The notes under the pieces were generated by a model. That model made no database searches. It was not told the DNA's origin and saw nothing but the letters and a program-made list of their open reading frames with translations. Of a DNA stretch of 64,000 nt, positions 1-9,592 are shown one piece after another. The position numbers and the translations under genes were made by a program. Position 1 is the first letter of the stretch; each line of letters begins with the position of its first letter. Where the stretch lies: positions 2,688,001-2,752,000 of the forward strand of contig OZ245033.1 of assembly GCA_965224025.1 (NCBI GenBank), read 5' to 3'. The DNA comes from Candidatus Multivorans sp. (GTDB taxonomy: Bacteria; Acidobacteriota; Thermoanaerobaculia; Multivoradales; Multivoraceae).

Positions 1-236
1 ATGCCGTGGCCGAGGCGGATGTTCGTCGTGCGCTGCGACGCCGCGGCGAGAAACACCTCGGGCGCCGAGCTGTGCGAGTACTCCTCCAGGAAGTGGTGCT
101 CCACCTCCCAGGCGTAGTCGTAACCGAGCCGGTCCGCGAGTTCGATCTGCTCCAGGGAGTTCTGGAGCAGGCGGTGCTCCGAGTCCGGTCCCCAGGGCTT
201 GGGCAACTGGTGCTCGTAGAAGATGCCGAATTTCAT
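1..236 (-). CDS. LLM class flavin-dependent oxidoreductase (luciferase-like), N-terminal part; runs off window
   Basis: Manual translation from ATG at 236: MKFGIFYEHQLPKPW...IELADRLGYDYAWEVEHHFLEEYSHSSAPEVFLAAASQRTTNIRLGHG, a typical LLM N-terminus; not in ORF track. Confidence 0.9.
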   Translation of the reverse strand, partial: MKFGIFYEHQLPKPWGPDSEHRLLQNSLEQIELADRLGYDYAWEVEHHFLEEYSHSSAPEVFLAAASQRTTNIRLGHG

Positions 237-318
237 GGCAGCCGACAGTAGCACTGTGCACGTCACCCGCCCGCCCCGGCACTCCGGGAACACGGACTGC
301 TAGGGTCGCGCGGCGGAG

Positions 319-606
319 GTGATGGCGATGGCGATGACGGCAGACGAGATCCAGGCGGCTTGCGGGGAACTGAGTGGTTGGGAGGCGGATCTGGAGGCCC
401 CTTCGATCTCGCGGGCGTACCAGTTCCCGACCTTCCCCGCGGCGGTGCGTTTCGTGGACTTCGTGGCCGAGTTGGCCGAAGCGGCGGACCACCACCCGGA
501 TATCGACATCCGCTACAACCGGGTCCGGCTCACCTTGAGTACCCACTCTGCGGGCGGGGTAACCGAGAAGGACTTCGCTCTGGCGCGGGCGGTCGATCAC
601 TGTTGA
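319..606 (+). CDS. phhB: Pterin-4-alpha-carbinolamine dehydratase
   Basis: [34 protein letters not shown] motif; 95 aa. Confidence 0.92.
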   Translation: MMAMAMTADEIQAACGELSGWEADLEAPSISRAYQFPTFPAAVRFVDFVAELAEAADHHPDIDIRYNRVRLTLSTHSAGGVTEKDFALARAVDHC

Positions 607-625
607 TGAGGCCGGTTCGCTGCCC

Positions 626-1474
626 GTGACTCAACCGTTGGAAGCGGCGCCGCGGCCCGCGCCCGAGGCGCCCTACTACCTGCCGGCCGCCAACGAGGTC
701 GAGATGTTTCTGGCCGCGTACCGGGCGCGCATGCCGATCCTGCTCAAGGGACCGACCGGCTGCGGAAAGACGCGGTTTCTGGAACACATGACGCACCGCC
801 TGTACCGCGGCGCCGAGTCGGGCACGCGGGCCGGCATCGAACAGCCCCTGGTCACCGTCGCCTGCCACGAGGATTTGACCGCCACGGACCTGGTCGGCCG
901 GTACCTGCTGGAGGGCGACGACACCGTCTGGATGGACGGTCCGCTGACCCGGGCGGTGCGCGACGGGTCGATCTGCTACCTCGACGAGATCGTCGAGGCG
1001 CGCAAGGACACGACGGTGCTGATCCACGCGCTGACCGACCACCGGCGCATCCTGCCGATCGAGAAGCGGGGCGAGATCCTGCCGGCCCACCCCGACTTCC
1101 TGCTCGTCTTGTCGTACAACCCGGGCTACCAGAGCGTCGCCAAGGACCTGAAGCCGAGTACCCGCCAGCGGTTCGTGGCGCTCGAGTTCGACTACCCGCC
1201 ACCGGAGCTCGAAGCCGAAATCATCGCGCACGAGGCGGACATCGACGAGACGCTGGCCCGCGACCTGGCCGAACTCGGCAAGCGCATTCGCAACCTGCAT
1301 CACCGCGGCTTCGACGAGGGGGTCAGCACCCGGCTGCTGATCTACACGGCTCAGTTGATCGTGGGCGGCATCAGTGTGCGCGAGGCGTGCGTGGCCGCGA
1401 TCTGCCGGGCGATCACCGACGACGACGAAGTCCAACGCGCGGTGACTGAGGTCGCATCGACTCTCCTGCCTTGA
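626..1474 (+). CDS. CbbQ/NirQ/NorQ family MoxR AAA+ ATPase
   Basis: GPTGCGKT Walker [10 protein letters not shown] Walker [26 protein letters not shown]. Confidence 0.93.
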   Translation: MTQPLEAAPRPAPEAPYYLPAANEVEMFLAAYRARMPILLKGPTGCGKTRFLEHMTHRLYRGAESGTRAGIEQPLVTVACHEDLTATDLVGRYLLEGDDTVWMDGPLTRAVRDGSICYLDEIVEARKDTTVLIHALTDHRRILPIEKRGEILPAHPDFLLVLSYNPGYQSVAKDLKPSTRQRFVALEFDYPPPELEAEIIAHEADIDETLARDLAELGKRIRNLHHRGFDEGVSTRLLIYTAQLIVGGISVREACVAAICRAITDDDEVQRAVTEVASTLLP

Positions 1475-1499
1475 CCCTTCCACGTCCCGAGTGCGCTTT

Positions 1500-1560
1500 G
1501 GGAACGCGGGCATCCTGCCCGCATCTGCCCCTGGGAACGCGGGCATCCTGCCCGCATCTG
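1500..1560 (+). repeat. Tandem doublet of REP-like palindrome GGGAACGCGGGCATCCTGCCCGCATC
   Basis: Two copies (about 1500 and 1533) with GCGGGC-N5-GCCCGC stem, flanked by direct repeat GACTCTCCTGCCTTG at 1459-1473 and 1572-1586. Confidence 0.85.
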
Positions 1561-1583
1561 GAACGGTTCGGGACTCTCCTGCC

Positions 1584-3791
1584 TTGCCCCTCGTAGAACT
1601 CGACGACATCGGACGCATCCTCGAGCTCTACGTCGAGGCGATGCTGGCGCGCCCGGCCGAGGTCCGGCCGCTGGCTGATCTGGAAACCGGCGACCGGTCG
1701 CGCGCCGGTCACCTCGACTTGGAGGGCGCGGCCGCAGCGGGCCGCCCGACGACCGACGGCGCCGCCTTCTACCTGCCGGAGCAGATCGACCGGTTTCCCG
1801 ACCGCTACGGGAACTTCATGGTCTACCGGATGGCGGTGCTGCACCAGTTGGGCGGCGTGCTGTTCGGCACCTACCGCCGGGGTCCGGTCCGGTTTGCCGA
1901 CTTCTTCGCCGGGTTCGACGAGCCCGGCCTCGCCCGTGCGCTGTTTGCGCGACTCGAAGGGGCGCGCATCGACGCTGCGCTGGCGCGCACGTTCCGGGGT
2001 GTCCGCCGGGACCTCCTGCGGCTGATCGACGATGCCCTGGAGTCCTCGGCAGCGCCTCCGTCGAGGGCGAGGCGGCGACATCGGTTCCGCGAAGCGGCTC
2101 TGTTCGATCTGGCGGCCGCGTTGCTGGTGGCCCAGCGATCATTGTTGACTTCGCCCGCATCCGGCTCTGAACTACGCCGCGGAAGCGACCTCCCCAACGA
2201 AGCCGCGTCCCTGCTCCAACCCGGCGCTACCGTCGAGGACACGCGACGCGCAGTGCGCTCCCTCTATCCGGTGTTCGCGGCCCTGCGCTCGCGCGGCCTC
2301 CCGGCCGACCCGGGCGTGCCGGCCGGCGATGCCTGCGCGGAAGATCGCGAGCCGGCGCCCGACGCCGACCCGGTCCCGCAGTCGCTCGAGATGCCGGCGC
2401 CGGCCCATCACGGCGACCCGGCGCCCGAGCGGGTCGAACTGCGAGGCGAGTGGGCCGAACTCGCCGCTGAGGTCGAACTGCGCGACGACGTGGAACCGGG
2501 TCCGGTGGCCTCGGGCCTGATGGACCAGTTGCAGGTCGACGAACTCGGCGTGCTCAGCCTCCAAGACGGCGATCTTTCGGGCACCGCCGGACTGCCGCTC
2601 ACCGACCTCGACGTCACCGGGGCGATCGAGGCCGAGGCCGGCGACGCGGACGCCGAGTCGATCGAACTCGATCCGGAAGAGCTGGCCGCCCGGCTGGAGG
2701 AACTGTCGAAACGGCTCGAGCGCGAGCTTGCGGAGGCGGGCCTCGACCGTGACCGCGAGCAGATCCACTACTACGACGAGTGGGACCACGAGCTTGCCGG
2801 CTACCGTCGCCGCTGGTGCCACCTCCGCGAGAAGGCGATCGAACCGCCACCCGCGAAAGGCGGCGTCGCGGCCGTTTCGGATCGCCGATTCGTCGATGAG
2901 ACGAGACACCACCATGCCGACCTGCTCCGGCGGGTGCGTCGCCAGTTCGAGTTGCTCAAGCCGGAGGAACTCCGGCGCGTGCGCCGTCTGATCGAAGGCG
3001 AGGAACTCGACCTCGACCGGGTGGTGGAGACGCACGTGGACCGCCGCGCCGGCCGGCCGCCGGACGGCGCCGTATACATGAGCCGCCGCCGACAGCATCG
3101 CGACGTGGCGGCGGCGTTCCTGCTCGACATGAGCGCATCGACCGACGCCGAGGCGCCTACCTGTGAGCCGGAACCCCTTCCCGGCAAGACCCCGGCGCCC
3201 GAGTACGTGGGCGTCTTCGACGACTTCGACTGGCCGGACAATCCCCAGCCCCTGCCGCCCGGCCGCCGGGTGATCGACATCGAGAAGGAGTCCCTGGTCC
3301 TGATGGCCGACGCGCTCGAGACCCTGGGCGACGACTACGCGATCTACGGCTTCTCCGGGTTCGGCCGCAAGGAGGTGGAGTTCTTCGTCGCCAAGGAGTT
3401 CGACGACGACCTCAGCCGGGAAGCGGAAGAGCGGATTGCCGCGATGGAACCGAAGCGCAGCACCCGCATGGGACCGGCGATCCGCCACGCGGCGGTGAAG
3501 CTCGCCGAACGCGAAGCGAAGGTCAAGGTGCTGCTCATCCTCTCCGACGGCTACCCCCAGGACTTCGACTACGGCAGCGACCGCGCCTCGCGCGTCTACG
3601 GCATACGCGACACGATGGTCGCCCTGCGCGAGACGGAACGCCAGGGCATCTCGACGTTCTGCATCACCGTCGACCCCGCCGGCCACGACTACCTGCGCGA
3701 GATGTGCCCCGAGCGCCGCTACCTCGTGATCGACGAGATTGCGGCCTTGCCGAGCCAGTTGCCGAAGGTGTACCGGGGCCTGACGGCGTAG
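1584..3791 (+). CDS. NorD/CbbO-like VWA domain protein
   Basis: YDEWD, GEELDLD, MIDAS-type LLDMSAST, STRMGPAIRHA, LSDGYPQD; start placed at TTG 1584 because the ORF extension to 1491 translates REP repeats. Confidence 0.88.
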   Translation: MPLVELDDIGRILELYVEAMLARPAEVRPLADLETGDRSRAGHLDLEGAAAAGRPTTDGAAFYLPEQIDRFPDRYGNFMVYRMAVLHQLGGVLFGTYRRGPVRFADFFAGFDEPGLARALFARLEGARIDAALARTFRGVRRDLLRLIDDALESSAAPPSRARRRHRFREAALFDLAAALLVAQRSLLTSPASGSELRRGSDLPNEAASLLQPGATVEDTRRAVRSLYPVFAALRSRGLPADPGVPAGDACAEDREPAPDADPVPQSLEMPAPAHHGDPAPERVELRGEWAELAAEVELRDDVEPGPVASGLMDQLQVDELGVLSLQDGDLSGTAGLPLTDLDVTGAIEAEAGDADAESIELDPEELAARLEELSKRLERELAEAGLDRDREQIHYYDEWDHELAGYRRRWCHLREKAIEPPPAKGGVAAVSDRRFVDETRHHHADLLRRVRRQFELLKPEELRRVRRLIEGEELDLDRVVETHVDRRAGRPPDGAVYMSRRRQHRDVAAAFLLDMSASTDAEAPTCEPEPLPGKTPAPEYVGVFDDFDWPDNPQPLPPGRRVIDIEKESLVLMADALETLGDDYAIYGFSGFGRKEVEFFVAKEFDDDLSREAEERIAAMEPKRSTRMGPAIRHAAVKLAEREAKVKVLLILSDGYPQDFDYGSDRASRVYGIRDTMVALRETERQGISTFCITVDPAGHDYLREMCPERRYLVIDEIAALPSQLPKVYRGLTA

Positions 3792-3905
3792 CGGCGCCGC
3801 CTTGGTCGGTCTCAGCCGTCCGCACAGGGGGTCTCACCCGCCCCTCTCGACCCACTGCGCAGGCTGGACGGTGTCGAGCCGGCAAGGCCGCGCTCCGTAG
3901 CTGGT

Positions 3906-5261
3906 CTATCTCGGCGCGAGCACTCCCAACGGGGGTGAGCCGTCGGGGCTCTCGAAGTCGACGTCGAGCAGCAAGGCTATGAGGTCTGCGATGTCGGTGA
4001 GCCCCATGCGGTGTACGGTGCGGCCCGGCTCGAAGCCGGCGCCCCAGCCGACGAAGCCGGTGAGGATCTCGGGGAAGTCGGTGGGGAAGAAGCCGTGGGC
4101 GCCGCCGGCGGTGGGGCGAAGGGCGTCGCCTGAGGCGTCGGAACCGAAGCTGACGCCGAGCGTGCCGGCGAGGGCGAAGGGGGCATTCGGGGCGGCGCCG
4201 ATGGCATCGAGTTCCTCCCGTTCGACGACGCGGAACAGGCGGTGGATGGAAGCGGGCAGAGTGGCGAGGAGCTTGCGCACCGCTGCTTCAGCGTCTCGGT
4301 CGTCGGCGTCCCGCAAGTGCATGAAGGCGCCGCCGCCCGTGGGGTGGAAGGTGGCGCGCCATGTGCCGCGGTCGGGCTCGGTGCCGTGGAGGCCGGCTTC
4401 GGTCAGCCAGACGTTGGGCATGACCTGGGTGTGGAGGTCGACGAAGCCGTGGTCGCCGGTGATCACGAAGGCGGTGCGGTCCAGGATCCCTGCGCGTTCG
4501 GCGGCGTCGCGGATCGCTCCGATCGCCCGGTCGGCGCCGGCGACAGCGCGCCGGGCGATGTCGGACTCCCGCCCCTGTTCGTGCTGGAAGCGGTCGGTGG
4601 AGATCAGGTGGAGGGCCATCAGGGCCGGCCGGTGGGTCTCCAGGACGTACGCCGCGATGGCGGCCGTCGTGTCGTCGCGGGTGATGTAGTTGGCGGAGTA
4701 GTTGCGCAGGTTGAGGCGCCCCGTGGCCTCCCGCTCCAATTCCTGCCACAGACCCGGCGTGCTGCCCTCGCGCATCGGCAGCAGGCGGTCGACGTTGGGG
4801 TCGAGGGAGTAGACCTCGGGGACGAGGAGGTCGATCGGCGCGCCGACGGTCACCGGCCAGGAGATCGCCGCGGCCTCCCTGCCGGCGGCTCGGACCGCGT
4901 CCCAGAGGGTGGGAACCTGGATTGCCGATTCGTGCCAGTACCACTGGCCGGTCTGGCCGGCGGGTTCAAAGGGCCGGTTGTAGTAGACGCCGTGGCGGGC
5001 GGGTAGTGCGCCGGTGACGATCGTCGTGTGCGAGGGATAGGTAACGGAGGGAAACACCCCGTGCACCCCCTCGGCGTGCGCGCCGTCGCGCGCCATCTGC
5101 TGCATGTTCGGTGCCGGCCAGGAGGAACCTGGAATGTAGAAGTCGGGACGGAAGCCGTCCACCGAAATGAGCACGACGTGGTCCGCCCGCGGCTGGGCGG
5201 CCAGGGGGACGGTGGCCAGGACCAGGGCGCCGATGGCTACCAGGAAGCTCCGCGGCATCAT
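3906..5261 (-). CDS. Secreted alkaline phosphatase superfamily / nucleotide pyrophosphatase-phosphodiesterase
   Basis: Signal peptide MMPRSFLVAIGALVLATVPLAA; ISVDGFR, PSVTYPSHTT, TGDHG, GAHG motifs. Confidence 0.88.
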   Translation of the reverse strand: MMPRSFLVAIGALVLATVPLAAQPRADHVVLISVDGFRPDFYIPGSSWPAPNMQQMARDGAHAEGVHGVFPSVTYPSHTTIVTGALPARHGVYYNRPFEPAGQTGQWYWHESAIQVPTLWDAVRAAGREAAAISWPVTVGAPIDLLVPEVYSLDPNVDRLLPMREGSTPGLWQELEREATGRLNLRNYSANYITRDDTTAAIAAYVLETHRPALMALHLISTDRFQHEQGRESDIARRAVAGADRAIGAIRDAAERAGILDRTAFVITGDHGFVDLHTQVMPNVWLTEAGLHGTEPDRGTWRATFHPTGGGAFMHLRDADDRDAEAAVRKLLATLPASIHRLFRVVEREELDAIGAAPNAPFALAGTLGVSFGSDASGDALRPTAGGAHGFFPTDFPEILTGFVGWGAGFEPGRTVHRMGLTDIADLIALLLDVDFESPDGSPPLGVLAPR

Positions 5262-5278
5262 GTGCCGTTCCGCCCCCT

Positions 5279-5320
5279 GGGAACGCGGGCATCTTGCCCG
5301 CATCCGGCGCGCAGCGCCGG
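5279..5320 (+). repeat. REP-like palindrome plus second hairpin
   Basis: GGGAACGCGGGCATCTTGCCCGCATCCGGCGCGCAGCGCCGG. Confidence 0.8.
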
Positions 5321-5370
5321 CCTGACACCGCTGACCCTCATTCTCAGGAGGCCGGGCTTCGTCACTTCCG

Positions 5371-6246
5371 CTAGACCGCCGCCGCCAACCGGCGGTCGTA
5401 GACGCTCTGCCGCATCTCTTCCAGCTTGTCGATATAGAGCTGCCGGTAGCCCTCGTAGTCGAGGCCGAAGGGCGCGTTGCCCGGCTCGAAGCCGGCGAAG
5501 GTCTGGTTCGGGTCGTTTTCGGCGAACGGACGCATGGCCTCGACCTGCTCCTCAAACAGGTCGACCAGGCCGGAGTGCTCGGCCAGCAGCCGCTGCAGGA
5601 CGTAGACGCCGAACGCGATGTGGCGGGCCTCGTCACGCTGGATCAACCGGATGCCGCGCTCGAGCGCCGGGAAACGTCCGCTGCGCTCGAAGATCGAGTA
5701 GTACAACGGGTAGCCGGCCTCGGCGCCCACGCCCTCGACGTAGAAGTGGTAGAGCATGATCGCGTTCAGCATCGCCTCGGGGCTGTCATCCGTGAACAGC
5801 GCGCGCATGGCGTGGGGCAGGCGCGTGGAGAACATGTCGCCGTGGAGATCGGGGTACGGAATGTCGACGCCGAAGCGGCCCGGCAGCGTCTCGATCAGCC
5901 AGGTCTCGAAGAACTGGACGTGGCGTGCCTCCTCGTACATCTGGGCGGTGACGAACATCTCCTCCTCGAGCCGGCCCTGCTGGCGGAGCCGGAACTGGAG
6001 CGGCGCGAGTTCGTGGGCCACGCCGCGCTCGCCGACCCGGAAGCCGGACACGAGCCGCAGCAGCAACTGACGTTCGTCGTCCTTGAGCGACAGCCAGTCG
6101 GAGTGCTCCTGGGAGAAGTCGATGTCGGCGGGGTTCCAGGAACGCTCGTGCGAAGCGGTGAACAGCCGCATCGGAAGCGAGGTGTCGTCGAACGGCATCA
6201 GGTAGACCTCCTGGTCGCCGATTCTAGTCCAGCGCCTCGCTGGCAT
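5371..6246 (-). CDS. R2-like ligand-binding oxidase (R2lox; ferritin-like Mn/Fe or diiron)
   Basis: WNPADIDFSQE, GERGV, EEARH, YHFYVEG, DEARHIAFG; Val and Tyr sit at the spacing of the R2lox ether cross-link residues; start could be 6246 or 6198. Confidence 0.85.
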   Translation of the reverse strand: MPARRWTRIGDQEVYLMPFDDTSLPMRLFTASHERSWNPADIDFSQEHSDWLSLKDDERQLLLRLVSGFRVGERGVAHELAPLQFRLRQQGRLEEEMFVTAQMYEEARHVQFFETWLIETLPGRFGVDIPYPDLHGDMFSTRLPHAMRALFTDDSPEAMLNAIMLYHFYVEGVGAEAGYPLYYSIFERSGRFPALERGIRLIQRDEARHIAFGVYVLQRLLAEHSGLVDLFEEQVEAMRPFAENDPNQTFAGFEPGNAPFGLDYEGYRQLYIDKLEEMRQSVYDRRLAAAV

Positions 6247-6269
6247 CGGGGGCGAAGCGGTCGATTCCT

Positions 6270-6319
6270 GGGAACGCGGGCGTCTCGCCCGCATCCGGCG
6301 CGGTCCTTCAGAGCGCCGG
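6270..6319 (+). repeat. REP-like palindrome plus second hairpin
   Basis: GGGAACGCGGGCGTCTCGCCCGCATCCGGCGC...GCGCCGG. Confidence 0.8.
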
Positions 6320-6356
6320 AAGAGTCCTTAGGTCGGGGAAGCGCTAGAGTTACACC

Positions 6357-6848
6357 GTGAATACCACGTCTGAGACGACACTGTGGGCTCGGGGACCGGT
6401 ACCGCCCCGCACCGCGGTGCGATCGCGGTTGGTCGCCTTCGGCGCGCTCGCACTGGCCGGAGCATTCCTGGCATGCGCCGAGTCGGTGCCCGAACCGGAC
6501 GAAGGCAGTCTGCGGGCTTCCTTCATTGCGCAGATCGAGGCCGACGAACATGTGAAGGACCTCAAGGTCTACGGCAACGAAATCCACTTCGCTCGCCGTG
6601 ACCGCTCGGGTGAGCACGTCGACTGGCGGGTTCGCATTGACTCGCTGTCGGTGGAGCCCTGGGCCGGTGACGAGGCTGAGTTGGCGGGTCACGTCGTGTC
6701 GGGCTGGAGTGTTGCCGGACGCCCGGTGTCGGTCGAAATCGGGCCGGAGGGTCTGGTCACCGACATGCCGATCTGGGTGCTCGACGCAGGCTTGGCGCCG
6801 GTGTGCTGGGCGCTCTGGGACGAGGACGCGAAAGCCTGGGGCTGGTGA
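6357..6848 (+). CDS. Hypothetical lipoprotein
   Basis: Hydrophobic stretch ending in lipobox-like AFLAC; TAGAGT 6 nt upstream of GTG. Confidence 0.6.
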   Translation: MNTTSETTLWARGPVPPRTAVRSRLVAFGALALAGAFLACAESVPEPDEGSLRASFIAQIEADEHVKDLKVYGNEIHFARRDRSGEHVDWRVRIDSLSVEPWAGDEAELAGHVVSGWSVAGRPVSVEIGPEGLVTDMPIWVLDAGLAPVCWALWDEDAKAWGW

Positions 6849-6887
6849 AACCGGGTGGCGCGATCGGCGCGACCCGCGAACTACTCG

Positions 6888-6909
6888 CCGCGCCCGTCAG
6901 CGGGCGCGG
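6888..6909 (+). terminator. GC-rich hairpin after lipoprotein gene
   Basis: CCGCGCCCG-TCAG-CGGGCGCGG perfect 9-bp stem; no U-tract. Confidence 0.4.
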
Positions 6910-6994
6910 GGATGCACCCGGGTGGGTCGGACGCTGCGGCGGGGCAGCTATGATCACGGTGCGCGAATGAACACGCTGGTTGGAGGGCAGGCAC

Positions 6995-8086
6995 ATGAGA
7001 ACGCATGAACGCTTGAACGTCGGATGGACTGTGGCTGTTGTCTCTGTACTGCTGGTTCTTGCCCTTTCCGGCGGCGCGACCGCTGCGGGCAACAACCCCA
7101 ACAACGCCGCCAAGGACGCCGACTGGACCATGCCCCGCACCGGTTCGGGCCACCCCGACCTCCAGGGAGTATGGGCGAACAACAACGCCACGCCGTTGCA
7201 GCGCCCCGCCGCCTGGGCCGGCAAGGAACGCCTGACGGACGCGGAGCTTCAGCAGTTGGTGGCCGCGGCGGCCGAGGCGACGAACCCGGGCGCCGACGCC
7301 CTGTTCGGCGACCAGCTCGTCCTGGCTGCCATCGCGCGCACCGAGGCCACCTCCTACGACCCGACGACCGGCAACTACAACCAGTTCTGGATCGCGGACC
7401 GGGATTGGACGAACCGCACGTCCCTGGTCATCAATCCGCCCGACGGCCTGATCCCGCCCTTCACCGAGCCGGCGAAGAAGCGTCTCTGCAAGCGGGTCAA
7501 GCACCTGATGGAGCACGCCGCCGACTCATGGCTGGACCGCCCGATTCCCGAGCGTTGCATCAGCTACGGCGCTCCCTTCATCTTCCCGGGCTACAACGGC
7601 TACCACCAGGTCTTCCAGAGCGAGGACCACGTCGTGATTCACCAGGAGATGATCCACGACGCGCGGGTCATCCCGCTCGACGGCCGGGCGCAACTGGACG
7701 AGGACGTGCGACTGTGGAACGGCGCCTCCCGCGGTCGCTGGGAGGGCGACACCCTGGTCGTCGAGACGACGAACTACTCGGAGAAGAACGACTTCATGGG
7801 CTCCTCCGAGCAGCTCGCGATCACCGAGCGCTTCACCCTCACCGGGCCGGAAACCCTGGAGTGGGAAATCACGGTCAGTGACCCGGGCACCTGGACCGAG
7901 CCCTGGACCGCGTCGATCCCGCTCAAGCGCACTGAGGACGCGATCTTCGAGTACGCCTGCCACGAGGGCAACTACGCCATGGAGGGCATGCTCGCCGGCG
8001 CCCGCGCGGAGGAGGCGTCGGACAAGCCGAAGCAGCTCGACCCCGGTGCCGCGTTCCGGTACCCCGGCCTGATCTGCGACTTCTGA
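6995..8086 (+). CDS. Secreted conserved hypothetical protein
   Basis: Signal peptide; PRTGSGHPDLQGVW, G-SRGRWEGDTLVVETTN, FEYACHEGN motifs; strong GC3 codon bias. Confidence 0.8.
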   Translation: MRTHERLNVGWTVAVVSVLLVLALSGGATAAGNNPNNAAKDADWTMPRTGSGHPDLQGVWANNNATPLQRPAAWAGKERLTDAELQQLVAAAAEATNPGADALFGDQLVLAAIARTEATSYDPTTGNYNQFWIADRDWTNRTSLVINPPDGLIPPFTEPAKKRLCKRVKHLMEHAADSWLDRPIPERCISYGAPFIFPGYNGYHQVFQSEDHVVIHQEMIHDARVIPLDGRAQLDEDVRLWNGASRGRWEGDTLVVETTNYSEKNDFMGSSEQLAITERFTLTGPETLEWEITVSDPGTWTEPWTASIPLKRTEDAIFEYACHEGNYAMEGMLAGARAEEASDKPKQLDPGAAFRYPGLICDF

Positions 8087-8099
8087 TCGGTCCGACCTT

Positions 8100-8275
8100 T
8101 CGTTGAGCTTTCGGCTCCAGGCTCGCGCCAGAGCAGGGCCAACAGTGCCGAGGCATCGAGGAGGGCCCGAGTCACCTCAGTCTCGTGCCGCCTCCCGGCG
8201 TCGCTCGGCGATGAAGGCGTCGACTTCGCTTCCCGATGAACCTGTGCCGTACTTCCGAGCAAGCGCCTGGGCTTG
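8100..8275 (-). pseudogene. Remnant of VapBC toxin-antitoxin pair
   Basis: Antitoxin-like C-terminus (...SEVDAFIAERRREAARD*, stop 8177-8179) followed by GTG at 8175 encoding a truncated PIN N-terminus MTRALLDASALLALLWREPGAE. Confidence 0.65.
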
Positions 8276-8349
8276 TCACGCGGAATGGTATGGCGCCCGG
8301 CTGTACCACGGGAGTGAGAGCAGCTGCCAGTCGCTTGGGCCAGCGGTCA

Positions 8350-8398
8350 GCACGGTGGAGGGACGGACGAGGGTGACCATACCGTCGCTCCACCGTGC
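8350..8398 (-). terminator. Stem-loop downstream of precursor peptide B
   Basis: GCACGGTGGAG...CTCCACCGTGC 11-bp inverted repeat plus inner GACGG/CCGTC pairing. Confidence 0.55.
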
Positions 8399-8430
8399 GT
8401 CGCCCGTTGTCGGCGGGTCGGTCGACCCGG

Positions 8431-8727
8431 CTACATACAGATGGTCATGCTCTGGAAGGTCAGGTACATCCCGATGGCGGTCAAGACGGGGGAGCCGACA
8501 ACCTGGCCAGCGGTAGTAAACACCGCTCCGGCAACCGAGTTGGTCCTGCAACTGTGGCGCCGCGCTCCTCCGACCACGCTCGTCAGGTCGGTGGCCGTGA
8601 AGCGGTCGAGGCCATCGTGGCCGATAGTCGATGGTCCGCCCGCTGTCACGGCGTCAGGCGGTATGGCGAAGGAAGCGCCAACGTTCAACACCAGGGCGAT
8701 CAGTGCAATAGCTGAGAATCTCGTCAT
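8431..8727 (-). CDS. Putative secreted precursor peptide B (Sec signal + GG-type pro-segment + Cys-bracketed core)
   Basis: 21-aa signal ending ASFA; GLDRFTATDLTSVVGG; core ARRHSC...GSP...TICM; RBS GAAAGGAACC shared with the paralog at 9918-10211. Confidence 0.8.
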   Translation of the reverse strand: MTRFSAIALIALVLNVGASFAIPPDAVTAGGPSTIGHDGLDRFTATDLTSVVGGARRHSCRTNSVAGAVFTTAGQVVGSPVLTAIGMYLTFQSMTICM

Positions 8728-8797
8728 GTCCAGGGTTCCTTTCGGTTGTAGAGGATTCGGCAGTCAAGCGGTGGAGGCGGCCGGTAGGCATCTCTCG

Positions 8798-8822
8798 GCC
8801 CACCTATGGACCAAGACGGAAT
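8798..8822 (-). promoter_or_regulatory. Conserved upstream motif of peptide B (candidate promoter)
   Basis: Minus strand ATTCCGTCTTGGTCCATAGGTGGGC, near-identical to 10365-10390. Confidence 0.55.
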
Positions 8823-8899
8823 GGGCGCGGCTGGATTCGTCTCGTGTCCTCGCGTTGCTCAAGGGAAGACGGGCTGCCCGGAAGGAGCGCTATGCATGT

Positions 8900-9592
8900 T
8901 CAGCCGCTGAGCATCTGCTCGCGGCGCTCCGCGCGGGCGAAGGTGAGCGCGATGATGGCGGTAATTATGAGCGCGTAGCCGATGCGGTTCCGGACGGCCA
9001 TCGCGAGCAACTGCTCAGCGTCGGCTCCTTCCACCGTGAGCGGGTTCCAGAACGGCGAAATGCGGAACAGGAACGGGAGTAGGGCAGGCACGCTGACGGC
9101 CAGGCCGAATAGCCCGATGGTTGCCAGGGCGCCGGAAGTCTCGCTGCGGAACAAGGCAGCGAAACCCATGGTCAGTGCCAGACAGAAGACGGCTCCTTGC
9201 GCGGCGCCGTAGAGGGTCTGGAAGACTGGAAAGGCGGTGAAGAATGCGAATGTGAGCACCGCCATCAGGCTCAGGCTGGCAAGCAGGATGAGGCCCGCGG
9301 CGGCGAGCTTCCCAAGCCAGACTCGATGGGCGCCGCCCGGTACGGTGTAGGCGATCTCCAGGGTGTGCTCGTCGAGTTCCCCGGCGATGATCCGGCCGCC
9401 CAGAAACACGGCAAGAGCCGACACCGGCATGCCGATCAGGATGTTCTGGGCTGCGGCGGGTTCAAACCCGGTCTGGCGGGCGGTAACCAGCAAGACCGCC
9501 TGCACGGCAAGCCACGGAAGCGGCAGCAGTGGCAGCAGCCAGTACCGCGGGCCCCCGAGCAGCACGGCGGAGAGACGGATGATGGTGATCAC
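8900..9592 (-). CDS. ABC-2-type small permease, copy B
   Basis: About 6 TM segments; GELDEHTLEIAYTVPGGAHRVWLGK coupling-helix motif; start GTG 9592 by alignment with paralog 10472-11161. Confidence 0.85.
   Translation of the reverse strand: MITIIRLSAVLLGGPRYWLLPLLPLPWLAVQAVLLVTARQTGFEPAAAQNILIGMPVSALAVFLGGRIIAGELDEHTLEIAYTVPGGAHRVWLGKLAAAGLILLASLSLMAVLTFAFFTAFPVFQTLYGAAQGAVFCLALTMGFAALFRSETSGALATIGLFGLAVSVPALLPFLFRISPFWNPLTVEGADAEQLLAMAVRNRIGYALIITAIIALTFARAERREQMLSG

Noticed and set aside
1500-1560. Possible mini-CRISPR
   Set aside because: Only two copies about 5 nt apart, the same motif is dispersed elsewhere, and there are no cas genes; it is a REP-like repeat.
3792-3900. Imperfect ~110-bp hairpin between convergent genes as ncRNA
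   Set aside because: Pairing is weak and no family is recognisable; more likely a degenerate repeat or terminator.
5371-6246. Ribonucleotide reductase beta subunit (nrdB/nrdF)
   Set aside because: No alpha subunit nearby, and the first ligand Glu plus the Val/Tyr pattern fit R2lox.
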